NCBI GenBank assembly: GCA_010093995.1
Contig: ML992506.1
Coordinates: 568,551-632,550, forward strand
DNA length: 64,000 bases
Source of the DNA: Elsinoe ampelina
Taxonomy: Eukaryota
Direction of reading: 5' to 3'
Numbering within the stretch: the first letter of the stretch is position 1; the number at the start of each line of letters is the position of its first letter. The notes beneath the pieces are model-generated. The model worked only from the letters and a program-made list of their open reading frames with translations, was not told the DNA's origin and made no database searches. The position numbers and the translations under genes were made by a program. This document shows, piece by piece, positions 1 through 12,424 of the stretch.

Positions 1-385
1 AGGTGTTCTAGCTATTAAGGTATTAGTATCTATAGTTATTTATCTCTTTATTAACACCTAAATCCTATAGTTATAGTTAAGGTAGTTCTTAATAGATTCT
101 AATACTTAAAAAGCAAGATAGTAGAGAATTAACTAATAAATAGAGTAGGAATGTAATAAAGTAATATACTTATATAGGGGTAGTTATACTAGGCTTATAA
201 CTATTGACTTGTGTAGGGGAGGAAAAAGGATTAATTACTACCTAATCTACTAAACTAAGGTAGATTATAACTATATAAATACTTAACCTAATAAACTAAG
301 AGATAGATAAATTAATAGAACTCCTAAGTAATAACAGATTAAGACAATAACTATCTAATTTAATCATGAATTAGTAGAGTAGTAG
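1..385. mobile_element. Edge of an AT-rich, RIP-degenerated repeat region (family not identifiable)
   Basis: Strong TpA excess with CpA/TpG depletion; abrupt switch to ~50% GC near 390. Confidence 0.75.
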
Positions 386-1142
386 ACAAGTGTTCAGTTC
401 TACCAGGGGATGAACTGAATCAGGGTCCTTCTTGGCGCTCCAGCTTATACCTCGGTTGACATCTACTGTCCATGACTCGACCCCACGTTCCATACCCGGC
501 TCGAGAAATGCGGGACCAGAGGATGTGAAACACCAGGCGTCGAGCTCGCGCCCACAATGCAATCAACCTCAACCAATCCTTTGATACCAGGGACTGCGTA
601 CCCCGACAAACAGGTATCGCCTGTCCCTGTCGTAAGCAAAACAACTGGACATGCATGCTGTTCAAAATTAGTCCAAAGGTAGGCGTCAAGCAATTTTCTC
701 TCGTCCTCTTGCATCGACTGCCGCCCGGGGTCCTACTCCTGAAGCAGACATCCTTCGATTGCACGCGTTCGGGCTCGCATGCAGCAAGTGGCGAAACGCG
801 TGCGTGATTCTCTGCTCTCAATCAAATGCGGACCATTGTCGCTCTTTTGAATAGACTCTCTTCTTTCACTTTCACCATACCAATTGTCTATTGTCGAGCA
901 GGTGAATAGAGGACTGCAGGCAGAAGGCCTCCTCTATCTTTTTCCCTTCCTTCATCTCTCTCCGTACCTACACATCTTTGCCGACCCTCTGCTTCAGTCA
1001 TCTGCCGGTCAGATCTCTTTAATATTGAATGTTCCTTCGACTTCATCCTTTCAATCTGTGGGCAAATCTTGCCATGCATACTGTGGCATACACTGACGAG
1101 ACCAGCTACTTAGACGTCCTGCCTCGCAAGAAGCTGCCCTCC

Positions 1143-2260
1143 ATGGCTCTCTCCTCAGAAAGTCTCGCCGGCTTTGGCTATATCGCTCTCAATGGAATCC
1201 GGGTCATGAACATCATTGGCTTCCTGGCCGTGATAGCAGCAAGCGTGGTCATGCTGATCAAGACAACCACCGACTCTGCCGTATGTTTACCCTCGTTCTC
1301 TTCGAAGTGATACTGATAATTCCAGTACTTCTTCTTCGACGCCTGTTCCGACGTGGTCGTTGCCTTCTCATCCAGTAAGTGCATTCCATCCAGTCATCAC
1401 ACAACCACTCACAACCACCAGCCTTCCTCCTCATCTCCGAACTCAACCTCTTCAAGACTTACTTCGCCCGCAACATGCCCCTCCTCTCTCCTTCCCACGG
1501 CTTCGTCACCCTCTCCCTCGCCATGCTCGTCCTCGGCACCGACCTCCTCGGCAAACTCAACCACCCCACCAACAGCCAAGAAGCCCTCGGCCTCGCCTTC
1601 TGGCGCATCGTCATCGGCGCCGGCATCCTCATCTTCATCCTCTCCTTCATCAACCTCATCGCATCCTACCTCTTCCGCGACCGCCGCGCCGGCATTACCG
1701 CCCGCCAAGTACGCTCCCACGGCGCCGTCGCCTCCCACATGACGCCCGGCCCCGAAATGTCGACCAAACTCGCCCCTTCCTCCTTCCACTCCTCCTCCCC
1801 CCGCTCCTCCCCTCGCACCCCCGTCACCCCCGACCGCACCGACCGCCGCTCCCGCAACCCCCTCCGCCTCATCACCGACCCCCTCCAAATCATCCACGAC
1901 CGCCTCGACGGCGGCAAACCAGGCGACCCCCCGATCCTGCCCAGCTACCACCAAGCCAGCACCATCCCTGGCTCCTCGTCCTCCCCTCCCGGCCACCACC
2001 AGCACCAACAATCCCATCCGCACACCCACCACCTCCGCCCGGTCGCGTCCCCAGACCCAGGCGACAGCCCGACGAGCAAGTACTCGCGCGCGACCATGTG
2101 TTTCAAGAAAGGCGGGTTCCACCCTTTCGGTAATAAGAAAAGGGAGAGTCTGGCGCCGCCTTTGCCGGTGAATATCTCTGCGCCGCTGGGGGGCAATCCG
2201 CAGTTTGATTGGTTGAGGAGGCCGGAGAGTGCGTTGCATCCTAGTCGGGGGAAGGTTTGA
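1143..2260 (+). CDS. Fungal membrane protein of unknown function (about 4 TM helices, Pro/Ser/His-rich C-tail); 3 exons
   Basis: ATG 1143; introns 1281-1325 (GTATGT..CAG) and 1375-1421 (GTAAGT..CAG) join MALSSESLAGFGYIALNGIRVMNIIG / YFFFDACSDVVVAFSS / FLLISELNLFKTYF into one hydrophobic ORF ending TGA 2260. Confidence 0.8.
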
Positions 2261-2678
2261 TTTAGGGCATTTAGTGAGGGAGGAGGGAGGAGGGGGGAGA
2301 CGACGGGGGAGGACGGGGGAGGGGAGAGGTATGGGATCTTTGAGGGGTTGTGCGAGGCGATCAAGGGGAGTTGAAGATGGTAAGGGGAAGGGTAGAGTGG
2401 GCAGGGGATGTCGTTGTGTGGGATGAGGAGATGGAGCGGAGTGGTAATGACCTGGCTGGCATTGACATTCGTTTGGCGCATGGGAAGATATCCGCCTCGC
2501 ACCAAAACGGGGGCACCACTATCGTTGATGAGATAATGATTATTTTCAATTTCGTATCATTTGCCGATATAATCTACCATGAGAAACGCTGTCTATTCCA
2601 TATGCAGATCGTGTTATGTACAACATCGAGCAGCACCTCTCCTGTAAAGCTTGAATCATTGCTGAACGCTGCTCTCGT

Positions 2679-3922
2679 CTACTGAATCATCGGATCGGCT
2701 CTGCCTAGACCTGCATCTCCTTTACCGCCGCCGACCTTCCTTCCTCCCTCGGCGCGCTTGACTCTGCACCACAATCCGACCTGCTCGTCCCGGATGAATT
2801 GCCAGATCACGCCAACCCAGCTCTTATGGCATGGGAGGTCATCATAGAACTCGTGTGCAATCCTGTTCAGCTCCGGGAGTCTGGTCCAGGGAATGGCAGG
2901 AAAGTCATGGTGTTCGTTATGCAGACCCACGTTGTAGGTTAGGTAATTCAGCGGTCCATAGTAGCTGAATGTCTCTGGCACTGGGACGCTCTTCAACGCC
3001 TCTTTTGTCGAGCTGTTCGCCTTGCGGACTTGCTCGGTATACTTCCTTTCGATCCCGTCCCGGTCGAAAACGTAGTGTTCGGCGATGAAGTGTCCAGCAC
3101 AGGGGTGAAGACTGCCAGCGAGGAATGAGGAGAAGATGAAGTACTTGATCGTTTGTGCGCCAAAACTCTTATACATGACAAAGTCGAAGATAAGCTGGGT
3201 GGCCAGATTGAGCGCGGAGATGTTCGTGAAAGGTACCTGGTAGACGAACATGGGTCGGAGGGCGTAGAACAGAATCTGGAAGGTGCAGAAGAAGGATTTG
3301 CCTGCTACGCTGTCGAGGAAGACTGCTTCAAAGGCTGTCGGGAGATCTGTGTCCAACCCATCTACGCCCAAGCTCTTGTGGTGCGTCAAATGATATGGTC
3401 GGAACGACGCAGAGTATGGAATGCCGATAGGCAGGTTGGCGAAGATGGCAAACAGTCGGTTGAGTTGGCCAGACTTGAAGGCAAGGTTATGAGAGATCTC
3501 ATGGATGGCCAGGAAGAGGTTCTGGTTCGCGGTCGCTCCAATGATGTAGGCTGTCAAAAAGAACCGTAGAGAGAAGAAGGGTGTTGACTGTAGCAGATAT
3601 GCGCAGAGGACCTGGAGTGAGACGACACCGATCACGACTGGAATGGTGAGGGGTTCTGGGCCGCAGAGCTTGAGTACCTGGAATTGTAAGTCTGATATTA
3701 CCAGATGCCCAAGCAAACACATTGACACACCTCGGGATGTGCCTTTATTATGGCCTGTCGCCGCGTCCTGTGTGGCTCCTCTGTATACGTCCAAAAGAAA
3801 TCCTCCTGCTCTTTGCCAGACTTGTGCGATATGGTAGTGGCTTCAGGGGCAACATCCTCTGTCAATCGTATGATTGGCGTAGATCGAGTCTCCGTCGCGG
3901 TGATGGTCATCGAAGGCGCCAT
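2679..3922 (-). CDS. DES1: Sphingolipid (dihydroceramide) delta-4 desaturase
   Basis: N-terminal FFWTYTEEPHRTRRQAIIKAHPEV; His boxes HEISH, HLTHH and HNEHH; intron 3678-3730. Confidence 0.95.
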
Positions 3923-4680
3923 TGTTTCTTGAGAGTTGAAGTCAGAAGAGAGCGGGATCAAGGTCTTTGTACGCGCTTTGATGAGGCGACATTTGGCGGA
4001 ACGGCCTGGAGTCTTGAGAGACTTGCGCTTGCTCCACAAATTTCGCCGGAGCTGTCAACGTGCAGCCAGGGTCCTAAGCCATTGACCAATCAAAAGGCTT
4101 TCACTAGACCCCTGACAAGCGGGGATAGCCGAGTACCAATCCAGCTTCTATACAAGTAGATCATTTGCACCTGAAGGTGTTCTACCTCTACTACTATTCC
4201 ACTGATTCAATTGCATGCGACTACGCAGTTCACGTCTCTTCGGCTGAATGGCAAGGATAAGTTCTATTGGACACATCATATATCTGCAGAGGTCCGAGAC
4301 GACGTGATTTTGATCTGATGGCGATTTTATTCAAGCACGATCGTAGTTGAGATTGCAGACGATAATGTCAACTGGGTGCGCTGAGTCTTTAGCAGTGCTG
4401 ACACGGATCTGTGTTCCTTTCTGGCGGATCGGCTTGCATCTGGACGCAAATCACGAGCCAGTTGTGAAATGCCATCGGATTTATGGTGCTTTGAGCTCGT
4501 CAAGGGAGACCCGAGCATCAAGGCCATGAAGTTTTGCGCCTCCTGCCACAATAATGAGATGATCAGGCCGATTGAGACCACTTCCAGATTTCCGACCGTA
4601 TCACACACAAATGCCATGGTTTCCTCAACCTCAATCTACCAGGAGAATTTATGTTCAGATACAGCATAGTAGTCAATCAA

Positions 4681-5448
4681 TCATGCACTACTGCCTGGCA
4701 CACCCGCCTTCCACCTCCACCGCGCCCCTGAAGTATCCGGCTCTAACCACCGACCCATCCTCTCCTCGCCCTCCCACACGAACACAGGAATTCGAAACGG
4801 CTCATCCCCATCAGGATCAACAACCATATCCTCCCCAAGCCTTGAAAATCCCCCCTTCTCATAGAATCCCGTCGCCTCAAGATTCGACTCCAAGTACACA
4901 GGCAGGTCCTCCTTCAAAGCCAGCTCCTTGCCCCAATCAATCATCATCCTCCCCACCCCCTTCGACTGCTTCTTCGGATCAACCACAATCATATGCAACC
5001 GAACACAAGGCGGATGAGCCATCTGATCCTGCCCAAGAAACGCAGCCATGAACCCATCCAGGAATGCGTAATCAGTTGCTCCGTCAGAGACGTATCGTCC
5101 GTACAGCTTCTCCACCCCTATCAGTTTCCGCTCGACCCAATCCGTCCATGAGCTCTCGCTGACCCAGCGCTTGTACAGTGGCGTGTCCGAGCCTTCGACC
5201 GTCCAGCATGAGAGGCCTAGGATCTCGCTTGTGGAAGTATCTTCCACGACCATACTTCGTAGATTTGGAGTGGCGAAGCGCTCGCGGATGATGTTCAGAC
5301 GCCAGAGGTAGTAGCTGCCAGGATGGGTGTCTCGACCGGGGGATATGCGTCTGTGAAGAGCTGATTGAGCGTTTGCTGCGTTCCCCAAGTGGGCGAGTCT
5401 CGATATATCTGATCGCCGCGCGGGGCGGAGGTTGAGGTTGGAAGTCAT
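4681..5448 (-). CDS. GNAT-family N-acetyltransferase
   Basis: Starts MTSNLNLRPARRSD; acetyl-CoA motif VDPKKQSKGVGRMMI, then PVYLES and FYEKGGF; single exon. Confidence 0.88.
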   Translation of the reverse strand: MTSNLNLRPARRSDISRLAHLGNAANAQSALHRRISPGRDTHPGSYYLWRLNIIRERFATPNLRSMVVEDTSTSEILGLSCWTVEGSDTPLYKRWVSESSWTDWVERKLIGVEKLYGRYVSDGATDYAFLDGFMAAFLGQDQMAHPPCVRLHMIVVDPKKQSKGVGRMMIDWGKELALKEDLPVYLESNLEATGFYEKGGFSRLGEDMVVDPDGDEPFRIPVFVWEGEERMGRWLEPDTSGARWRWKAGVPGSSA

Positions 5449-5909
5449 TGCTATCGTCCTATTGGTGATAGCACCTGGAACGGTTGACAATGGAAGCAGT
5501 TTGTTTGACAAAGAATCACAAGTCTCTCCTGACCCACAACAGTAGTCTCTGATGCCTCTCTTTACATTCCTGCCTTGCGAGCGGTGTCCGGAAAGAGATG
5601 CAACCGAAGTAAATCAGTTTGACCCCGCAAGGCGTCCAATGAGTTCCTCCATGCTCGATTTTCCGGTGGTACATGCACATCGCTACGACACATGACACTT
5701 GGGCAGATACGAGACTATTCATCCAAAAGTATCCCATTCATCTCTATCAAAGAGACATCAAGGAGCTATTTCTCACTTAAATTTCACATGACCCGAAGCC
5801 CGTCATCGACATCCCAACAGTTGGTATTGCCTCCGACGTAGTCCCCTTCGATGCAGCAAGAAGAGAATCCCCAGTCCCATCCCCACAAGTTCATCAACCA
5901 TGAAACCCT

Positions 5910-7858
5910 CTACTGAGCCGGCGCAGGAGCAGGAGCAGCAGCATCAGCCCCCTTGACAATAGCAGCGACCTTTTGCGCAGCAGCACCAGTCTGGCTACCG
6001 TAGCTTGTGTGGCCACCAGATCCACTTGTCTGGCCCCGCCCGGCGCACAGAGCATCAGCGCTGCCGCAAACCTGGACGACTTTGCTGTTGTCGACGCCGC
6101 GGAAAGCCTGGCCGTTGAGTGGGTCTCCGAATGTGGCGACGGCCGCGACTTTCGAGCCGTCCACGCCTCCCTGGAGCGCCGCGTGGACCACCATTGCACC
6201 CTGAGAATAGCCGGAAAGAACGAGGTTGGTGTCTGGACATTTCTGGAGAGCCTGGTTGGCGAGTTGGACCATCTTATCTGCACCGGCGCCGCGGCCCATC
6301 TGAGAAGTTTGTTAGCTTTCATTCCTGCGCTCGTGGAGATATTCGAAGCATACCTGAGCATTGCCAGCGGCTGAAGCGGCGTAGTCGACGCCCTGGACAG
6401 CGACATCGCCTCCGAGACTCTGACGGAGAGAGTTAGATAGACCGGGGCCAACGACGAACCCCATAGTGGCCGGTTCGCCGGTTCCACGAGCGAAAATGAG
6501 GGTGGTGCCCTTGCACTCGCCGCTGACGACATCGTTGCTAGAGCCGCCGCCACCAGCACCTCCACCGAGGAAACCACCACCTGGTAGATGTTAATTACTG
6601 CATCTGGTAGTACTGATGTGCGGCGGTTGCGGGAAAGGGCAGGACAAGCACAGAGCCCGGTTCCGATAGCATGTGCCAAAGGAGACCTTGCAAACGTCGA
6701 GAGCTCGCAAGATCAACCTCAGCGACTGCTTTCATTCGTGATGTGAAGAGGGAAGTAATGAAGAAGGGATCGTACCAGCTCCGCCCAAAAAATCTCCGAG
6801 GCCTCCACCGCCACTTCCGCTGCCAGCACCTGGAAGAGAGCCACCACCTGAAGGGATGTGTTAGCATTCGTTTGTGTTCGATAGTGGTCCCAGAGCTTGC
6901 GGTGGTGCAGGAGATGGACGATGCGTATGGCCCAAGAGCCACAGACTCCAAGAGTCCGCATAGGAACCGTCTCTTGCTTTGAGTTGCCACATTGACACGT
7001 CCTACCAGGGACTTCGCGTCACAAGGTAAGAAGGAGTAGGTAACTTACTCGACCCGAGACCAGGTAGACTTCCTCCAGCGCCACCACCCAGGGAAGGCAA
7101 TCCGCCACCTGCACACGTGTAAATCTTCATATTCAATCAAGAATTGAATAAGACTTACCAGATCCTCCCCCCAATCCAGGAAATGATGATCCCCCAGAGC
7201 CAAACCCTCCTGTTGGAAGCGAAGGGAAGCTGCCACTGCCACTCCCCTTGCCAAGCCTGTCCAAAAGTGCACCCAGATCAAATCCGGATGCGGAACCCCC
7301 TCCAAGCCCAGATCCCAGCCCAGCTCCCCCTGAACCACCACCCAACGACCCGAGGCCTCCACCACCCAGCGAGCCGAGCCCACCAAATTGAGCATCAGCC
7401 TCAGCATCCCTCGCCTTCAGGGCCGGAGCTGCATCATCTCCCCCTTCGGCCCCCTCACGCTCCCTCAACCTCTCCAACAAACGGTTCAACAACTCCTCGA
7501 TCCCCCCGACACCAGAATCCCCCTCACCACCAGCCCCAGGGACAGGCGGAAACACCCCGGTCGGCACCGGCATGGGCTTAGACGGCCTACCTGGACGACC
7601 GGTAGGACGACCAGGGTTGCTCGTCGGACGGCCAGGACGAGGGCGAGAAGGACGTCCAGTCCCGATGGGGAAGGGAAGGGCGCCGCCTTCGCCTTGGCCG
7701 GGACGGGGAAGGGTGGGGGTCGGGATGGTGGCGCCTGCTTCGCCGTCGGAGCCGCCTGCGCCGGGGAGGTTGATGAGGTCGTCCTGGCGCTTTTCGACGG
7801 GGGCGGAGTGGGCGAGGGCCGCGAGGAGGGCGAGGAGGGTTGGAGTTGTGAACTTCAT
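5910..7858 (-). CDS. Secreted cutinase (CE5) with long Pro/Gly-rich N-terminal extension; 5 exons, ~482 aa
   Basis: Signal peptide MKFTTPTLLALLAALAHS; exons 7858-7159, 7108-7049, 6847-6776, 6580-6354 and 6299-5910 splice in frame; cutinase motifs CKGTTLIFARGTGE, GYSQG, TFGDP, CGSADALC and GHTSY. Confidence 0.85.
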
Positions 7859-9591
7859 GATGGCTGGTGGTGGATGTGATGTTGAACGGGGAAAGTGGGT
7901 GGGTGAACGAATGAATGTTCGACCAAGATCCTGCTTGGCGAAAGAAGAAAGAAGAGGTAGGGGCAAAAGAAGGACTGTGGATGAACGTGAAAGGCGAGTG
8001 GAGGTCTGAGAGAAGGAGAGGCTTATATCTACTCGCCTGGTGTGGCGTTTGTGCACGCCATCGGATGCATCAAGCGGGGACGGCTAGATTGGCAAGGCAC
8101 AACAGCTCATGCCGGTTTCCAAACAAGTCCATCTATCCTCGACGAGCGCCAACGAGCATGGTGATACGGATGCATCCCGGAGGGAGCAGAGTTGGTGGGC
8201 GGACGGGACCCTGGAGTGTTTCGAGAGGTGCAGAAATGCAGGTACACTGGCAGTTGGCGGTCGGATGCCAAGAGGCAGCATTGATGCTTGATCCAGACGA
8301 CCGGGGTTGCGTAATGTGACAGACAGGGCGAGATGTACCTTTTCCGAAGAAAAGTTCCGAGGCCATTGCTGTTTGACAGAAGCAAAAGAGATCAGGGGTA
8401 AGGACCGTGAGGCGGTGGGAGGTGGTCGGGTGCGGAACTAGGCCGTTTTTGGAAGCTTGGTAGTAAGAGTGAAACTCTGTGACGGCGGTGGTGCGGCTCT
8501 CTCTTCGACCGCATTTGCGTATCGAAAAATGAAATAGGCAGCCTGCAGTGGTTTCAGCGTCGTTTCACGGCAGCTACTTGCGATTTTGCCTCGGTTTGTC
8601 GACCACGGAACCTGCGCGATCTGGGTTCCCAGCACCCCGTCTGTCTTCGTACTGCGGTACAGAGGGGGATCTCATGCGCCGTGGCGCTGATCCGAAGTAT
8701 CATGCACAAGGCTAGCGGTCATGATGCTGGCGGCGCTGTCAGAGCTCCCTGTAGTCTTGCCGTTGTGGGTGGTATCGTCCAACAAGGTCCATCGCAATGA
8801 CGATTCAGCTGTGGATACTGAACGATCAGATGGATCTCTGCTCGACCCACAGCTGACTTGTTTGTCGTTCGCCCTGGCAATTTTACTTCCATCGTCCGAG
8901 ATCCGAGGCGATTAGGTGCGGATCGTGGTCATGGATCTCACGGGTTGAGAGTCATTGCGAATAGGCCTTGTTGACTTTGACAGGTAGGGTAACAATGTGA
9001 TGGCCAAGTTTGACAGGGTAGGTTTGGAAGACCACAAGCATGTTCCTCTGGCGGGATGGAAGGCGAAGAGGTGGCCGCTTGCAGCAATCGCACAGCGGCC
9101 AAATCGTACCTGCATCGATCGCCAGGAACAGCTTCGTGTATCGCGACCGCGAACCAATGAGCAGGCCAATACTTGTTCGATATTGCAACATGCTCACATT
9201 TCCCAACAAGTTACTGCGCCGAAGAGCCCGCGTGATGGCTGATTCCAACCACATAGACAGCCACCTTCTGCCGTCTTGCCTCGGCACATCCTACACAGAA
9301 AACGCCATACCAAGCCTTCTGAGACGATCATGCATCCCACCCTGCGGCGCCCCCCGCGGGAGTGCAGCAACTCTATTCGACGATCATCTATTTGAGGCTG
9401 AAGCTGCATAGAGGTATCCACACATCAACGCACTCTTCTGCATAAGACAGCGATTCTACCGGATATTTGCTTTTGTTGCATAAACATAACCACATGTAGC
9501 AATGGGAGATTGAAGTCCCTCCATTTGACGACTTGATACCCACTTCCTCCTCGGACTTCAGCGTTCATATCCTGGTCCGCTGCAAAGGCGA

Positions 9592-11331
9592 TCATGCTCC
9601 CTCGGCCGCCTTCAACAGGCCCTTGAGGTCGATGCTCTTGGGTCGCTCGATGGGCAGGCCTAGTGCACGATCCCAGATCAGCTGTGCGAGGGGTCCTAGA
9701 CCGCGGCTCACGCCGAAGATGGCAGTGTAGTACAGTGTCTCCTTGAAGCCGAAATGGTGGAAGAGCACACCCGATCCTGAGTCGACGTTGGGGAAAGGAT
9801 TCTTCGTCTGCGATACATGATCAGCTTGTGTACCGTGAAAATTCTACCCTGCAGACCCTGCTTCGTGCATCATCTTATCATGGAGATGAGCATAAACACG
9901 GGCGGTTGCAGCACGGAATCGTGTGGTCGATGAAAACATGACATGCATAGCGTTGGACTCACCTTTCCGTGCTCCATCAATACCCCCGGTGCAATCTCCG
10001 AGTTCTTCTTCACGAGCTGGAAGACAGGATCGGCCATGATTTCCGGCCTAGCAGCGCCAAAGGCGATCATGGCCTCGAACCTCGGGTCCGGCTTGCGCAA
10101 CACTGCGTGGCCATACCCAGGGATCACCCGACCACTCTTGAGTGTGCTCCAGAGGTAGTCCTTGATATCTGTCTCGGTGAACTTGGTGCCGATCTTGTCT
10201 TGCATTTGGAGGATCCAGCGGAGGACTTCTTGTGCTGCAAGACCGTGGAGAGGACCGGCGAGACCTTGGAGACCGGCCGAGTATGAAAGGTAGGCGTCTG
10301 AAAGTGCAGATCCCACAAGGTGGGTCGCGTGTGCCGAGACGTTGCCGCCTTCGTGGTCGCCGTGGAGCGCGCAGTAGAGACGGAGAAGGTCCTGGAAACC
10401 TTCATTCTCCTTTCCTCCCTTACCGAGCATGGCTGCGTAGTTGTAGCACCAGTCCTGGTCAGGATCGATCTGAGCTGGCAGGGCACCTCCTCCACGGTAA
10501 GAGTTCTGGTAGATCTTGGCTGCGATGGTAGGGAGCTTTGCGATGAGGTTGATGCTGTCCTCATAAGTAGGCTCCCAGTAGTCGGCCTTGTTGAGGCCAC
10601 GCTCGTACGCTTTGGCAAAGATCGACTCGTGGTTGAGTGCAGACACTGCGCAGGCGAATTGTGTCATTGGGTGGAGGTCCTTGGGGAAGTTATCGAGGAG
10701 CGTCTCGATATACTTGGGCAGTTGTCCCTTCTCTGCAAGCTCTCGTGAAAAGCCACGGATCTGGTTGACTGATGGCGCCTCCCCGGTAAGGAGAAGCCAG
10801 AACATGGCCTCTGGCAGCATCTCGGTGCCGGTGGTACCCTTGGGGAGCAAGTCCTGGCAATCCTTGATCGTCTTGCCGTGGAAGCGGATACCCTCGTTCG
10901 CGTCAAGGACTGAGCCCTCCCAGACCATAGCCTTAAGACCTCTGTTTTCCTTCAGCACTTCAACCCTTGAACATGGTAGATTTGGACGCACCTCATGCCC
11001 CCGATTGTGTTTTCAACCTTGACATCCCCGATCTTCTTGTCCGCATGGGACTTCACCTTCTTGAACAGCTCGCGCTTCTCGGGGATGACCTTGGCGAGAG
11101 TCTCCTTGAGCGTGGGCTCGGCCGAGGCGTAGTTTCGCTTTCCTTCATATTCTGTGCAAAGAGGTCAGTCCTGGCACTCGGAGAGCTCGGTCCAGACATC
11201 TTACGTGACACTGCAAATCTGCCAGTATTGAGCTGTACTCCAGTCAGCCTTCTGTCAATCTTTACAGTCGAGGGGTATCCCACCTTCGAAGCCCTGAGAG
11301 CTCGGGTTGCCCCACGCGTTGCCAGAGACAT
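9592..11331 (-). CDS. mcsA: Mitochondrial 2-methylcitrate synthase (citrate synthase family)
   Basis: [46 protein letters not shown] and LPIERPKS; presequence; introns ~11283-11233, 11204-11152, 10991-10942 and 9962-9808; divergent from methylisocitrate lyase. Confidence 0.82.
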
Positions 11332-12080
11332 ATTTGCTGCACTCGTGGTTGTCCTACCAAGTCAGTGGGTCTCTTTCTGGAATTAAATGCTCGGAAGGTA
11401 TCGACACGGCTTCAATGGCACAATTGACAGAGTAGAAGATGTGCATGAGGTGCAAATGCACCAAAACTTTGACCCCGGCAATCGTCGGCCTCGGCGTCCA
11501 TGACGTCCCTTCGGAGAAGCGGAGAACGACATTGCTCGGCATTGACTTTCAGCTGCAGACTAATCATCTTCTTTTTCCCTACTTCACGATGATCAAGTCG
11601 TGATACGTTGGTTGCAATACTGCAGCCGTAGAACATGCCATAACATTCTCTCTTTGTGATTCTGATCGCCCAAGAACCTGATATCCATCCCGGTGAGCAA
11701 AGGGGCAAGTGTGTCTCATTGGCATACAGTATTGCACAGGGGCAAGAATTGTGTTTGCTACGGAGTCTGTTTGCATAGCCCCAGCACTCGTTCAGAGTGA
11801 GGATGTATCAAGCTCGATGATCTGAGCCAGCTCAACAATTTGCCACCTTCGACACGCATAGTCTCGACGCAGTATAGCAGTCATCACGCCGGCTGAAGTA
11901 GTACACCTGGAAACACTTTGAGCCCCTTCACCGGATCAATCTGCCTATCTGCTTAAGCAGCTTCGCTTGCAGATAGTATCTACTGGAAATGACCAAAAAA
12001 GCAGGGACAAGCGTGGGATCACTGTGAGTGCACGTTACATGCCCCATATGAACCTGGCCCTTTCACATGCTCGGTGACTA

Positions 12081-12424
12081 CTACTCTCACTCCTTAATCA
12101 CTCACTACTTTATCACTTGATAGTGAGGGCAAAAACAATCTCTCGTGGCGAATTGAACTCTGGTTGTTTTTCGAGAACTGTTCACTCTCCTCGGCGTTTA
12201 TTTTAATGCGGTCTTGCTTTACGACCTCAGCTTTTGAGTCATGCTTTACGACCTCAGCTTTTGAGTCATGCTTTACGACTGATATCAGGGTGATAGCTAA
12301 GCTACACGCTTCCCGATATGGAAATGTCTGACGTCGTGGGGAGTGATAGCTTGGCTACTCACTCTCCCCACCCGGCCACGAGAGACCACAAACTCATCCG
12401 TGAGGATTGGTTTCGTGATAGCAG
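12081..12424. mobile_element. Candidate MITE-like or structured element
   Basis: TA on both flanks (12079-80, 12425-26); degenerate terminal inverted repeats; inner 11-bp inverted repeat 12139-12149/12375-12385; several hairpins. Confidence 0.4.
12215..12279. repeat. 27-bp tandem repeat, about 2.4 copies, each full copy with TGAGTCA
   Basis: TGCTTTACGACCTCAGCTTTTGAGTCA at 12215-12241 and 12242-12268, plus a partial third copy. Confidence 0.95.

Noticed and set aside
1360..2239. Long alternative-frame and antisense ORFs (also 41782-43083, 43165-43836, 59177-60043)
   Set aside because: Shadows of real GC-rich genes; low-complexity translations with no motifs.
4469..4669. MKFCASCHNN resembling an Rpb9/Rpc11 zinc-ribbon start
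   Set aside because: No second CxxC or C-terminal ribbon could be spliced in; likely chance.
8912..9411. Several 75-123 aa ORFs between the cutinase and methylcitrate synthase
   Set aside because: No recognisable domain or codon bias; cannot be supported without RNA data.
12215..12279. Direct repeats as a CRISPR array (also 17794-17854)
   Set aside because: Head-to-tail with no spacers, eukaryotic context and no cas genes.
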